From assembly GCF_035594765.1 (NCBI RefSeq), contig NC_085842.1, forward strand, positions 206,781,747-206,845,746: a DNA stretch of 64,000 bases, in the 5' to 3' direction. Below are positions 1 through 13,420 of the stretch, piece by piece (position 1 is the stretch's first letter; each line of letters starts with the position of its first letter). Source of the DNA: Anolis carolinensis. Its lineage: Eukaryota. Both the position numbers and the translations under genes were made by a program. Below the pieces are notes generated by a model, which saw only the letters and a program-made list of their open reading frames with translations, searched no databases and had not been told where the DNA came from.

Positions 1-162
1 AAAGTCTGGGCCAGCTTGGCTCTGTGATTGTGTGTCTATCCATGAGAATGACTCTTTATAGTGATCCAGGGCTCCTAAAACAAGGGTATTGTAGAAGTGG
101 AGCACTGTATGTCTGAGACCCTCTCTCTCCTCAGTTTGTCCCAATCCTTTTCTACGTTGCAG

Positions 163-309
163 AGTGGCTACAATTTGGCGGTGATGAATGTGGGGGCACC
201 AGCAGCTGGCATGAATGCAGCCGTGAGGTCTACTGTTAGAATCGGATTGATCCATGGCCACAGGATGCTGGCTGTGCATGATGGGTTTGAAGGCCTTGCT
301 GAAGGAAAG
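163..309 (+). CDS. PFKM: ATP-dependent 6-phosphofructokinase, muscle type; internal coding exon (gene begins upstream of window)
   Basis: ttgcAG|...AAG|GTaatt; encodes [49 protein letters not shown], the start of the PFK C-terminal regulatory half. Confidence 0.95.
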
Positions 310-1363
310 GTAATTCCATCCATTCATTGATTTATTCATTTTACAAAGAAAGTTTCTTTCTTTCACAATAGTTGTGCTGTTGTTTGGCAGAGTCATGTTT
401 TCTGCATTGCCATTCTCAAACAGCTGCTTGGTTATGTTTCACAGAAATGCACCGTGATGCTGCAGTTATTTGTACTGAATATGAATCTGGGAAGGCAGGT
501 AGCTAAGCTAGTCTATTGCAATGAAGACAGACAACAGAGAGTATTTTGACTAACACGTTTTACTTAGCATCAGCTTTCACAAATGCCAGTCCACTTATTC
601 AGATGCCTGGAATGTTGCCTTTCTTGGAAGAAATTGTGTCTGTAGACACACCTGGAACTCCGAAGAACACCCCAGTTGTCAAAAGTGGGCCATCGTGAAT
701 GAAAAGTTATGCCCGTGAAGAGATTGTCTCCAGTCCACAGGCCAAATTCAGTCTACTAGGTTCCCTCATTTGTGTTTTCCAAATTGCCCCTCTCCCATCC
801 TGAAGCGCCATGTCTTCTCAAAAGAGGAGATGAGGCTTCCAGAACTGATTTAGCTTTCCCTTTCCCTTTCTCTGGCTGAGAAAGTAAAGGGAAAATCCAT
901 TGCATGAAGGTTACAGTTTGAGAGCTGGCTGACTCCTAGATGAAGTCTGAGCAGTTATTTAGCATTTAACAGCTGCTTTCGAGAAAGAAATGTGAAGTAT
1001 AAATAAATATAATAGTAACAACAACTAGGCAGAAGTTCAGACAGTCTGGCTTTTAAACTCCATGCTGTTGCAATAGATATTTCCAATTTTGAGGCAGCAG
1101 CGGAGCTATGTCCACAAGCTGTAGTGCTATGGGGAAATGGGGAGTTGCTTGCCAAAAGGGCTATTAGATACTTCCTTGTGCTTTAGTGCAGCCAGGACAT
1201 ATACTGGTGTGATGCCCCAAAGGGATTGCAGTCCAGGACTCAGCTGGTTCCCAAAGAATAGACAGAATATTCCTGGGAAGTTAAGCAGTGGGAGCCAATC
1301 CTATTCAGTCAACTCCTAAAGTGCTAGCTTTCCCACATGGAAAAAGCAAAGGGAAGACAAATA

Positions 1364-1836
1364 TGTTGTTGAAGGCTTTCATGGCCAGAATGAATGGGTA
1401 GCTGTGATAAGTGCAGATCTGAGGAAGTGGTTGCCAATTTTTTTTTTCCGGTTTTTGTTTTTCCATACCATAGGAAACATTCCCTCTTGATGTTTCACCC
1501 ACATCTATGACAGGCATCCTCAGAGATTGTGAGGTCTGTTGGAAACTAGGCAAGTGGGGTTTATACATATACTGTGGAAGGTCCAGTGTGGGAGAAAGAA
1601 CTATTTTCTGCTTGAGGCAAGTTTGAATGGTGCAGTAGGCCACCTTAATTGGCATTGAATGGCCTTGCAGCTTCAAAGGCATTCCACAGAAGGACCTTCC
1701 ACAGATATATAAACCCCACTTGCCTAGTTTCCAACAGACCCCACAACCTCTGAGGATGCCTGCCATAGATGTAGGTGAAACATCAGGAGAGAATGCTTCT
1801 GGAACATGGTCATACAGCCTGGAAAACTCACAGCAA
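1364..1836. mobile_element. Penelope-like element 3' end / pseudo-LTR, two fragments in inverted orientation
   Basis: Same repeat as 5661-6318 and 52704-53170, where it is attached to GIY-YIG-type coding remnants; orientation switches near 1681. Confidence 0.8.
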
Positions 1837-2110
1837 TCTGGAAAACAAATACATCAGGAGTCATTGCATCCTCTTGGTATTGGAAATATGGTTAAGGCCT
1901 CTACATCTTCTTGCCAAGATAGGAACTGGGAAAGAACCAGCCTGCCAATGCAATCTGGTTCTACATCCTTGTGTCATGCCATTGCAAATGTGTTCATTTT
2001 GAGGGTATCACAGGGGTTTTTGTTGTTTTTGCTGTGACAGATTTGCCTTTAGGAAACTGAGCCTTTCCCCTAATCAGCCTGCCCCTATCATCCAATCACT
2101 CTTTTTCTAG

Positions 2111-2181
2111 GTTGAAGAAATTGGATGGAGTGGAGTTGGTGGCTGGACTGGAAGGGGTGGATCAAGCCTTGGAACGAAAAG
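2111..2181 (+). CDS. PFKM: PFKM coding exon
   Basis: tttctAG|VEEIGWSGVGGWTGRGGSSLGTK(R)|GTattg; phase matches neighbouring exons. Confidence 0.95.
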
Positions 2182-2789
2182 GTATTGAGACGGAGGACAG
2201 AGAAATGATTAAGGACATAGAAATGTTGGAAGTCACATGTAACTCTGTGTTAGGGCTATTTTTTAAAGCAAATACTTTATAAACTTATGTATAAGCCTAG
2301 AAATTTTAGTCACAAAAGGTGCCAAAAAAAAACAAAAACGGGTCAACTCATCCAAGATTCAATGTGAGTACAGTAGCTTAAATCTGAATTTTTTAAAAAA
2401 GACCACCACCACCCCTTCTGCAGTCTATGCAGGGATGGAGATGCTCCTTTTTAAAATGGAAGATCATACTGTACCATAACATTTGAAAAGGTGGCAGCAG
2501 TGTAGCTGGCCCCTTGAAGTAGCACTGACATGATCCACTCTTTGTGGAGTGACCATAGACTTATCCATGGGTCTATAGTTTTGGCCCCAAAACCTGCCAT
2601 CAACTTATACATAAGGTTGACTTTTACAGCAACCCCAAAGTAGCTGAAACTCCAAGTTAGCATGATTTTCTAACTTTGAAGGCTTGTGTATAATCATAAT
2701 CTGTTCTGATTCACAGCGGAATTAGCCCCAGTGGAGCCTTATTTGAAAGAATTAATCTAGATGAGTGTCATTGAAGAAAAGCATCAGAG

Positions 2790-3162
2790 AGAGAACAAGC
2801 CCTATTAGGAGTGGCTTAAAGAGCTGGGCATGTTTAGCCTACAGAAGAGAAAATGGAGAAGAGACATGATGAGGGCCATGTATAAATATGTGAGGGGAAG
2901 TCATAGGGAGGAGGGAACAAGCTTGTTTTCTGATGCCCTGGAGACTAGGACGCAGAACAATGGCTTCAAACTACAGGAAAGGAGATTCCATGTGAACATT
3001 AGGAAGAACTTTGGAGTGTGGTGGAGGCTCCTTCTTTGGAGGCTTTTAATCAGAGTCTGGATGGCCATCTGTCGGGGGTGCTTCGAATGCGATTTTCCTG
3101 CCTCTTGTCAGGAGGTTGGGACTGGATGGCCCGTGAGGTCTCTTCCAACTCTATGATTCTAT
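2790..3162 (+). mobile_element. CR1 LINE 3' end with internal deletion
   Basis: LKELGMFSLQKR...TRTQNNGFKLQERRF; tail tcttccaactctatgattctatg. Confidence 0.9.
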
Positions 3163-3385
3163 GGTCTCCTTAAAAGCACAGGCTATATCAGGAATGAACT
3201 GTGTCTTTCAGATCATGAACTGAAGCAGCTGAAAACACCCAAATTTCCAAGAGAACATTGACTGGAAGCAGATTAGAAATCGTAGGATCATGTTGTGGAT
3301 GCGCCAATATTAGGGTTTTCTGTAAGACGTCAAACAAAGAAAGGGGTGCCATTGATTTTCTCTGGTGATTTTTATTCACTCACAG

Positions 3386-3473
3386 GACACTGCCCAAGAA
3401 ATACTTTGAGGAAATCAGCAACACAATTGCCAATTTTAATATTCATGGCCTGATCGTCATTGGTGGCTTTGAG
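3386..3473 (+). CDS. PFKM: PFKM coding exon
   Basis: cacAG|[29 protein letters not shown]|GTatgt. Confidence 0.95.
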
Positions 3474-4033
3474 GTATGTCTCAAGCAATTATGGACAAAA
3501 CGTAAAGGAATAAATAAAGAAGTCAGTCATTCTTCACTTATAGTATTAACAACATGATGCATGAATGTGCAAGTTTTCAAGCTCCACAAAACTTCTTTCC
3601 CAGGCAGCGTGTGCTAATTTTTGGCTGTGGATCAGAAGAAGCAGGGGTGGGAATTGTGCAACCCATTTGCTTTATGAGACTTTTTATGGTGGTATGTGAA
3701 AATTACAGCATTCTCTCCCGCTCCCCACTTAATAAATTATCCCCAAACACACATTAAAAAGACCACAAACATTAAAAAACAAAACCAGGAAATGATCAGA
3801 ACATGTTTTTGGTTGTAGGAAATGGTGAAGTGTACTCTGTGGGATGAATAAAAGCCACCTAGTCTACACTAATACACTAAAAAGAAGTCAGTGGCCCCAA
3901 TTCAAACCAAGCCCGGTTTCAGTATTGATATTGTGATGCCACAGGTCACCAAAAAAGATTCTGATCTTTCTTTCAAAAAGTTGATGTGAAGGTGCCCTCC
4001 AAACAATCCCTTGGTCTCTTTTCATTTCTTTAG

Positions 4034-4186
4034 GCTTTCACTGGCAGCCTGGAATTGATTGAAGGCCGAGCCAAGTTTGAAGAGCTCTGCATCCCAATCT
4101 GTGTGATCCCTGCCACCGTCTCTAACAACATTCCTGGCTCTGACTTCAGCATTGGGGCAGACACAGCCCTCAACACCATCACGTCG
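4034..4186 (+). CDS. PFKM: PFKM coding exon
   Basis: tttAG|[51 protein letters not shown]|GTaaga. Confidence 0.96.
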
Positions 4187-4473
4187 GTAAGAGCTTCACT
4201 GAAAGAGCCTCATTTTCCAGAGGACCATCTGCGGAGACTGCTTGAGTGTTCTGCACGACAGAAAGGGGTTGGGCTGGATGGTTCTGGTGGTCTTTTGCAA
4301 TTCTAGGATTCTATGAGTCTTGAATGACACCCTGATACAAATGTCAACATTAGAAGAAGTGATAATACCAGGAGAAAGCTAAAATTAAGGACAGTGTTTC
4401 AGTTCCTTACACAATCTCTTATATTTCTGACAACTAGCAGGAGTTGGAGACCCATAACCTCACCAATACTGGC

Positions 4474-4704
4474 TTGTTGTATGTTTTCCAAGCTTTATGA
4501 CCATGTTCCAGAAGTATTCTCTACTGACGTTTTGCCCACATCTGTGGCAGGCATCCTCAGAGGTGGTGAGGTACCTCACCACCTCTGAGGATGCCTGCCA
4601 TAGATGTGGGCAAAACGTCAGGAGAGAATGCTTCTGGAACACGGCCATACAGCCCAGAAAACATACAACAACCCTGTGATCCTGGCCATGAAAGTCTTCA
4701 ACAA
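4474..4704. mobile_element. Penelope-derived fold-back inverted repeat
   Basis: Arms 4474-4572 and 4573-4671 are reverse complements with no spacer, centred on GGTACC. Confidence 0.85.
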
Positions 4705-4970
4705 GTCATCAATACTGTCATCCCACTACTAGTGCAAATTTAATTCAGTACTGATGTTGTGTTCAGAGTTGTTGTAACCCAAGCAGCCAGTCTTCTGCAT
4801 CACTCCATGCATAGGCTGGTCCTTCAGCTGTGGACATGCTATTTGCAAACCATGGGCATGCTTTACATTTATCTCCTCTTGAAGGGATCCTAGAGGAATG
4901 CTCCCCATACAGTCTTCTTTGTGTTGTTGTTCTTTAGTCTTCATTCAGAGAGGTGGCCGTCTTTCTGTGA

Positions 4971-5210
<240 letters not shown>

Positions 5211-5314
5211 TAAAAAGGATTATCTGATCCACAGAGTGTAGGGGGATGCAACCTCCCAGACCCAGAGAAAACCTGTGGCTCAATGGTGGAGAAGAGATGA
5301 GGCATAGAATAGAG

Positions 5315-5450
5315 CAGTGGTTCTCAACCTGTGGGTCCCCAGATGTTTTGGTCTTCAACTTCCAGAAATCCTAATAGCTGATAAACTGGCTTGGGATTTC
5401 TGGGAGTTGTAGAGTAAAACACTTGGGGGGCCACAGGTTGAGAACCACTG
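5315..5450. mobile_element. Same hAT MITE family
   Basis: Same TIRs and body; TSD not clear. Confidence 0.85.
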
Positions 5451-5660
5451 GCATCTTTAAGTACGCCTTGAAAAGCCCTTGTTGAGAACCCCAGAAAGCT
5501 GCTATCCACAGACTAAGCAAGGGAACAATGTGGTAAACTGCAACTCCTATTAGCCTTAGCTGATGAGACCATGGGAGCTGCAATCCAACACCTGAAAGGA
5601 TCCTTCATCCCCCACCTGCAGATAATACAAAACTAAGTGAACAATAAAGTATTACACAAC

Positions 5661-6318
5661 TGGGTTGCTGGTGAGTTTTCCGGGCTGTATGGCCATGTTC
5701 CAGAAGCATCCTCTCCTGACGTTTCGCCTGTATCTATAGCAGGCATCCTCAGAGGTTGTGAGATCTGTTGAAAACTAAACAAGTGGGGTTTATATATCTG
5801 TGGAAGGTTCAGGGTAGGAGAAAGAACTCTTGTCTGTTTGTAGCAATTGGCCACCTTGATTAGCATTGAATGGCCTTGCAGCTTCAAAGACTGCCTGCTT
5901 CCTGCTTGGGGGAATCCTTTGTTTGGAGGTGTTAGCTGGCCCTGATTGTTTCATGTCTGGAATTTCTCTGTTTTCTGAGTGTTGTTCTTCATTTACTGTC
6001 GTGATTTAACAGTTTTTTAATACTGGTAGCCAGATTTTGTGCATTTTCATGGTTTCCTCCTTTCTGTTAAAATTGTCCACATGCTTGTGGATTTCAGTGG
6101 CTTCTCTGTGTAGTCTGACATGGTAGTTGTTAGAATCCTCCTAACAAAGGATTCCCCCAGGCAGTAATCACTCTTTGAAGCTGCAAGGCCATTCAATGCT
6201 AATCAAGGTGGTCAATTGCTACATTAACATTTGCCTCAATCAGACAAGAGGTCTTTCTCCCATCCTGGACTTTCCACAGATATATAAACCCCTTTCCTGG
6301 TTTTCAACAGACCTCACA
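5661..6318. mobile_element. Penelope-like element fragment (minus) with inverted partial copy (plus)
   Basis: Minus strand encodes the ...HREATEIHKHVDNFNRKEETMK... endonuclease tail; orientation flips near 6135. Confidence 0.8.
5715..5755 (-). ncRNA. Minimal type-I hammerhead ribozyme motif (Penelope-associated), intact core
   Basis: Minus strand: CCU CUGAGGA U GCCUG cuauagaua CAGGC GAAA CG UC AGG; stem I CCU/AGG, stem II GCCUG/CAGGC, palindromic ACGU stem III. Confidence 0.75.
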
Positions 6319-6580
6319 GTCTTAATGTTAACATCATAGGCTTCAGTGCAATGTTCCAGCCTTCCTTCTTGCCCAAACTACTAATAATCTTGGTACTAAC
6401 TAACATGTCTTTCCATGCAGAAGACATAACGTAACCACCCGGAAAACGTCAGGGGCTTTAAATGTTATGGCAGAATCTATATCAGAGATTATTTTTATAG
6501 TTGTGCATAGACACATTCTCCCTGCTTCCTTGCATATGAATTCGCAGAAACGATGTTATTTTTCTTTGGACTTTTAACAG

Positions 6581-6642
6581 TTAAATGTGTCACATCTGAC
6601 TGAAAAAATGAAGACCACAGTGAAGAGAGGTCTGATATTGAG
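6581..6642 (+). CDS. PFKM: PFKM coding exon
   Basis: aacAG|LNVSHLTEKMKTTVKRGLIL(R)|GTacct. Confidence 0.93.
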
Positions 6643-7257
6643 GTACCTGGTACTATTTATCAGCTATTAATAGAAAGGGATTTGAGGCTTATGAAGTATT
6701 TCCTTTTTCTTACAAGGATGAAGAAAGACTGAATGTTTTCTGTCCCTCTATATGACTCCACAGACTTCAAGGACACTTCACAGCTCTATATAATAATAGC
6801 ATTTCAGAATGAAAAGTAAATGGAGAGTTACTAACCTCGAGATCCTTTCCTTGCAATGGAATTGTTCATTTCTGGGTTGGGGTTTTTTTTTCATCACATG
6901 GAGGCTGTCTCCTCCATTTCTACAAAAGCATTTGTGTAGGCTAAATAGGAGTCATTTAAGGTTAACTTCACAACAGCCCTTTCAGGTTGTAAAATGATGT
7001 TTGTCAAAGCTTATTAATGATCAAAATCAAAATATAGCCAGATCAGGAGCAGGTATTGGGAGCAATGAGATATTTTTTTTGTAAATAGTAAGATATAAAA
7101 ACAAGTTAAACTCTAGGGCCAAGAAACTATGTGAAATTCCTTTCCAGTTCCAAATATGGCAGCCACCTAGAAAAACAGCAAGAATTGTCTTAGTGCTATG
7201 TCACATCAAATCCACATTATTCTTTCTTATTTGACCTAATTTGCCACAGTACATTAA

Positions 7258-8961
<1,704 letters not shown>

Positions 8962-9098
8962 ATAATAATAATAGTAGTAGTAGTAGTTTTATAAATGAGG
9001 GGAAAGAGTTGAATTGCAATACAAGACAAGTTAACCAAGAGAAAAATCCCGGAGGGAGTGGCTCTCTAACTAGACACACAAGCCTTCGTTGTTTAGGG

Positions 9099-9233
9099 CA
9101 GTGGTTCTCAACCTGTGAGTCCCCAGGTGTGTTGGCCTACAACTCCCAGAAATCCCAGCCAGATTACCAGCTGTTAGGATTTTTGGGAGTTGAAGGCCAA
9201 AACATCTGGGGACCCACAGGTTGAGAACCACTG
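9099..9233. mobile_element. 135-bp palindromic hAT MITE (SPIN-like TIR)
   Basis: CAGTGGTTCTCAACCT...AGGTTGAGAACCACTG; TSD GTTTAGGG. Confidence 0.9.
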
Positions 9234-9381
9234 GTTTAGGGTGTTTTAGTGTAGCAAAAAGCTGATTCACTGCTATGTGAACATTGTCTGGGTTTGTCTG
9301 TTTTCTACTAGAGAAGAAGGCTGAAAGCTTCTGCTTCCTCATAATGTCCAAATTGTGGCGTATTTAAACCATTGTCTATGA

Positions 9382-9633
9382 CAGGGGTCCCCAAACTTTT
9401 TAAACAGGGGGCCGGTTCACGATCCTTCGGACCGTTGGAGGGCCGGACTATAGTTGGCCACCAAGCAATAATAATAATAATAATAATTAATATTAATAAT
9501 AACAACAACAACAACAATAATAAAAAAGAGGGTTGGAAAAGACCCTTTGGGCCATTGAGTCCAATGCCCTTCTGCCTTTGTGCATTGAAAGCACAAGCAA
9601 AGCACCCCTGACAGATGGCCAACCAGACTCAAT

Positions 9634-9680
<47 letters not shown>

Positions 9681-10092
9681 AGGGTTTTGGAACACAATAC
9701 TCCTGACCTCACAATCGTGTTAAAAAACAAAGTAATGATTGCTGATGTTGCAATACCAGGTGACAGCAAGATTGAGGAGAAACAACTGGAAAAGCTGACA
9801 CGATATGAGGATTTAAAGATCGAATTACAAAGACTCTGGCACAAGCCAGTCAAGGTGGTCCCAGTGGTGATCGGCACACTGGGTGCAGTGCCTAAAGACC
9901 TTGGCCTGCACTTAAACACAATCGGCGCTGACAAAATCCCCACCTGCCAGCTGCAGAAGGCCACCTTACTGGGACCTGCATGTATTATTCGCTGATACAT
10001 CACACAGTCCTAGACACTTGGGAAGTGTCCGGAATATGATCCAGTACAACAGCCAGCAGAGTGTCTGCTGTGGACTCATCTTGTTGTGTTTC

Positions 10093-10133
<41 letters not shown>

Positions 10134-10240
10134 CCATTGGGTCATTTAGCCCAACCCCTTCTGCCCTTGTGCCATGGGGGCCGGATAAATGGCTTCGATG
10201 GGCCGCATTCGGCCCCCGGGCCTTAGTTTGGGGACCCCTG
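9382..10240. mobile_element. hAT non-autonomous element (OC1-like TIR) hosting the R4 insertion
   Basis: TIR CAGGGGTCCCCAAACT...AGTTTGGGGACCCCTG; 8-bp TSD GTCTATGA (9374-9381 / 10241-10248). Confidence 0.9.
9679..10093 (+). mobile_element. Second R4/Dong 3' fragment
   Basis: HNTPDLTIV..IADVAIPGD..EKLTRYEDLKIELQRLW; flanked by (AAT)n at 9636-9678 and 10094-10132. Confidence 0.9.
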
Positions 10241-10766
10241 GTCTATGAGAACAATACAGGCCCAAACGATGGTTCTGGATTGTGGCTTGTTAGGCAAGCC
10301 ATCATTTTGCAACTTCAGCCCAACCTAATGATTTCCCATTCTCTCTGTATCTTCCAGCAGCATCTTGCACATGTTTCTGGGGCAGATTGGGATTGAGCCT
10401 GAAGAAAAAGAAGGAAATCAGAAATATAAATCTGCCTCCTCTATTTCTTTCCACAGGAGTATAACATTCATAGACATCATTTCCCCACAGTGTGGAACCT
10501 AACCTGATTTATTTAACTGAGCAGTTGCCTTATGGGATGAAATAGTATCTATTAATTCTCAGCAGAATCTGGAAACTTTTTTTAAAATTCAAGGAAAATG
10601 AACTCCATGCATTTGTTGGCCTTGATCTCAGTGGGCCGTTGCAGAGTCCTATGTGTTGGTTTCCATGTTTATCAACTCCACCAGTTTAACAGCATCTTTG
10701 TGAGCTTGTCCACATTCCTCTGGCTACAATTCTAGGAGTAAACTTACCTCCCTCTGCTTTTCACAG

Positions 10767-10866
10767 GGTGGATCGCCAACTCCATTTGACAGGAACTTTG
10801 GGACGAAAATGGGTGCCAAAGCCGTGGCATGGATGTCTGGCAAGATCAAAGAATGCTCCAGACATG
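10767..10866 (+). CDS. PFKM: PFKM coding exon
   Basis: cacAG|[33 protein letters not shown](G)|GTaagg. Confidence 0.96.
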
Positions 10867-11592
10867 GTAAGGAGCAGCTTGCCATGGGAGGGTCTGCTCT
10901 GTAGTAGGTTAGCACCAGCTGCTGCTAGCAGTGAAGTATGGATCTCTTAAGAAAAGGGGGGCCAACTGAATCTGTCACCTTCATAGGGTATTCATTGTGT
11001 CAAAGTTGGCAAAGCAAAGCATGGATGCTGCATTTGCAGAATGATGAAAACTTTCGGACCTGCTTCCAGCCCTCATCACTACTGTCTCAAAATAGCTCAC
11101 ATTAATCAGTTTTCAGGCAATAAAACCCAAAGCAGTTTCCCCATTCCACTAACATTGTGCTGCCAGCTTTTCACAGCAGTCCTGCAACTCCCAAGTCGTT
11201 TTCATCATAGAAGTTAATGTGGTATAAGGGGCTGCAGCCAGTAAGGAGCAGCATTGCCCATGCTGGTATATTTTGCGGCTCTTTAAAGCCTAACCTTAAT
11301 AAATATATCAGTTCTCTTTTAGCCTGAGCCAGACATTTGTAAAACATACTGCATAGTCATGTATAAGTTTAGAAATTTTAAATAAAAAAATTGACCCCCC
11401 AAAATATGGGTCAGTTTATCCATAGATCAATGTAACCTTAACTCATGTATAAAAGAAGGAACCATCCCCTTCTCTGAGTAAAATGGGAAAAGGAAAAAGC
11501 TTTATTTGTCCCAAAAATGGTTGATTCCATGGAAACAAAGGGCTGGCTGTATTTCAGTTATAGAACTCTAACATTGTTGTGCTTGCTTTTAG

Positions 11593-11698
11593 GCCGTATT
11601 TTTGCCAACACTGCCGATTCAGCTTGCCTCTTGGGCATGCGCAGACGGGCACTTGTTTTCCAGCCTCTCATTGAACTTAAACAAGAGACAGATTTTGA
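11593..11698 (+). CDS. PFKM: PFKM coding exon
   Basis: tttAG|[34 protein letters not shown](E)|GTaagt. Confidence 0.95.
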
Positions 11699-12241
11699 GT
11701 AAGTACCTCTCCTTTCTTCTCTGTGGGTGCAGTCATTGAGTAAGCAAGCCCTTCAAACTTGGGATATAATAACTTTCTTCCAACCGATCTGTTAGAAGCC
11801 AAAAGAATCCCACTTTAAAGAAGTCCCCTTAAAAAGTTACTGGTGTTCTGGGAAATGTGAATCAAAAACTTTCTTCTGCTTTGATACATCCCTAGAATAA
11901 GGAAAGAACTATGGAAAGCTTGAAGGTGCTGCAGTTTTTTTTTTACTTCCACTATTCTACATCTTATTTCTACAAGAAGCCAGTGAGATTTGACATATAA
12001 AGAAATCTTTTCCAGGCCTTGGAGCACTAATAATATAGCTAATGAATAAAACTTGTTGCAGATTTAACCAATAACATCCCAGTTAAAGTAACTATGGCAA
12101 GCTAGTTATTTATCTTCAGAACTTCCCATGGCCTTGAGGAATAACCTGGAAAAGGTTGAGCAGCTGCAACAGCCAGAATGCAAGGCCAAGGAAAGGATAA
12201 CTCCTTTGTGAAGGGCTTTATCTTCTTTTTTTCTCCAACAG

Positions 12242-12389
12242 GCACCGCATCCCCAAGACTCAGTGGTGGCTGAAGCTTCGTCCCATCTTGAAGATTCTTG
12301 CCAAATACAAGATCGACTTGGATACCTCAGAGACAGCCCACCTAGAGCATATCACCCGCAAGAGAGTATCAGGTGAAGGCGCTCTGTGA
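12242..12389 (+). CDS. PFKM: PFKM last coding exon
   Basis: aacAG|[48 protein letters not shown]; the C-terminus matches the muscle isoform; candidate AATAAA at 12449, 12937, 13730, 14202. Confidence 0.95.
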
Positions 12390-12961
12390 ACAGCTCGTGA
12401 GGCTGCTGCAGCTCTCTTGAAATTATGATGCTTTAAAATATCTATTAAAATAAATTCTATATTGGTATTTCCTTCCCCAGTTTAGCATGCAGCTGTCCAT
12501 CTAGTGTCTTTGTGTCCATTGTTGGGGCTGCATGCATGCATGCTATAACTGAAGGAAGAAAGTACATCATAATGGAGTACCACATTTAAGCATATGGGCA
12601 GAAGATAAACATTTACTCTTTATTATATCCTGCCCTTCTTTTATAAAACTCTGGGAAGCTTATAATGGGTTCCTAGTGATCTTCCATCCAGGCACTGGCT
12701 GGTCTATTTGTTTTGCTTCAAAATTAGTTGCTCCGAGTCTATTCACCAAATTCTGCAGAGCTGTAAGCCATGAATTTCAAAAGGATGTAAATGCACGAGT
12801 TGACATTTGAACTGGACTGACCTTACTATTAGGATACATCCACTATTTGAACAAAAAAATGTCAACAAGCCCAAAATGCCTTCTTGGGTTCAATTTACAG
12901 TTGTGCTTTAGAATGCAAAGTCTTGTAAGTGCTCAAAATAAAGCAAACTGTTTGACTAGAG

Positions 12962-13420
12962 CAGGGGTCCTCAAACTTTTAAAGCTGGGGGACGGTTCAC
13001 CGTCCCTCAGGCTGTTGGGGGACCAGACTAGAGTTTGAAAAAAAATGAACAAATTCCTGTGCACACCTTATTTGTAGTGCAAAAAAATGAAGGAATATCA
13101 TATTGAAAATGAAGAATAATTTTAACCAACACAAACTTATCAGTATTTCAATGGGAAGTCTGGGCCTGCTTTTGGCTGATGAGATAGTCTTAATTGGGGT
13201 TGGTTTTGTGTGCCTTCAAGTTAGTTGAGACTATCACAAAGTTTTCTTGTCAAGATGTATTCAAAGGGAGCCTACCTTTGTCTTCATTTGAGGCTGAGAG
13301 ACTGAATTAATGAAAGTCAACCTTTCTTTCTCTCTCTCTTTCTTCTCTCTCTTTGGGAGAGCCAGATAAAAGACCTTGGCAGGCCTATCTGGCCTGTGGG
13401 TCATAGCTTGAGGACCCCTG
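12962..13420. mobile_element. hAT non-autonomous element (OC1-like TIR) downstream of the PFKM stop
   Basis: TIR CAGGGGTCCTCAA...TTGAGGACCCCTG; TSD GACTAGAG on both sides. Confidence 0.9.
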
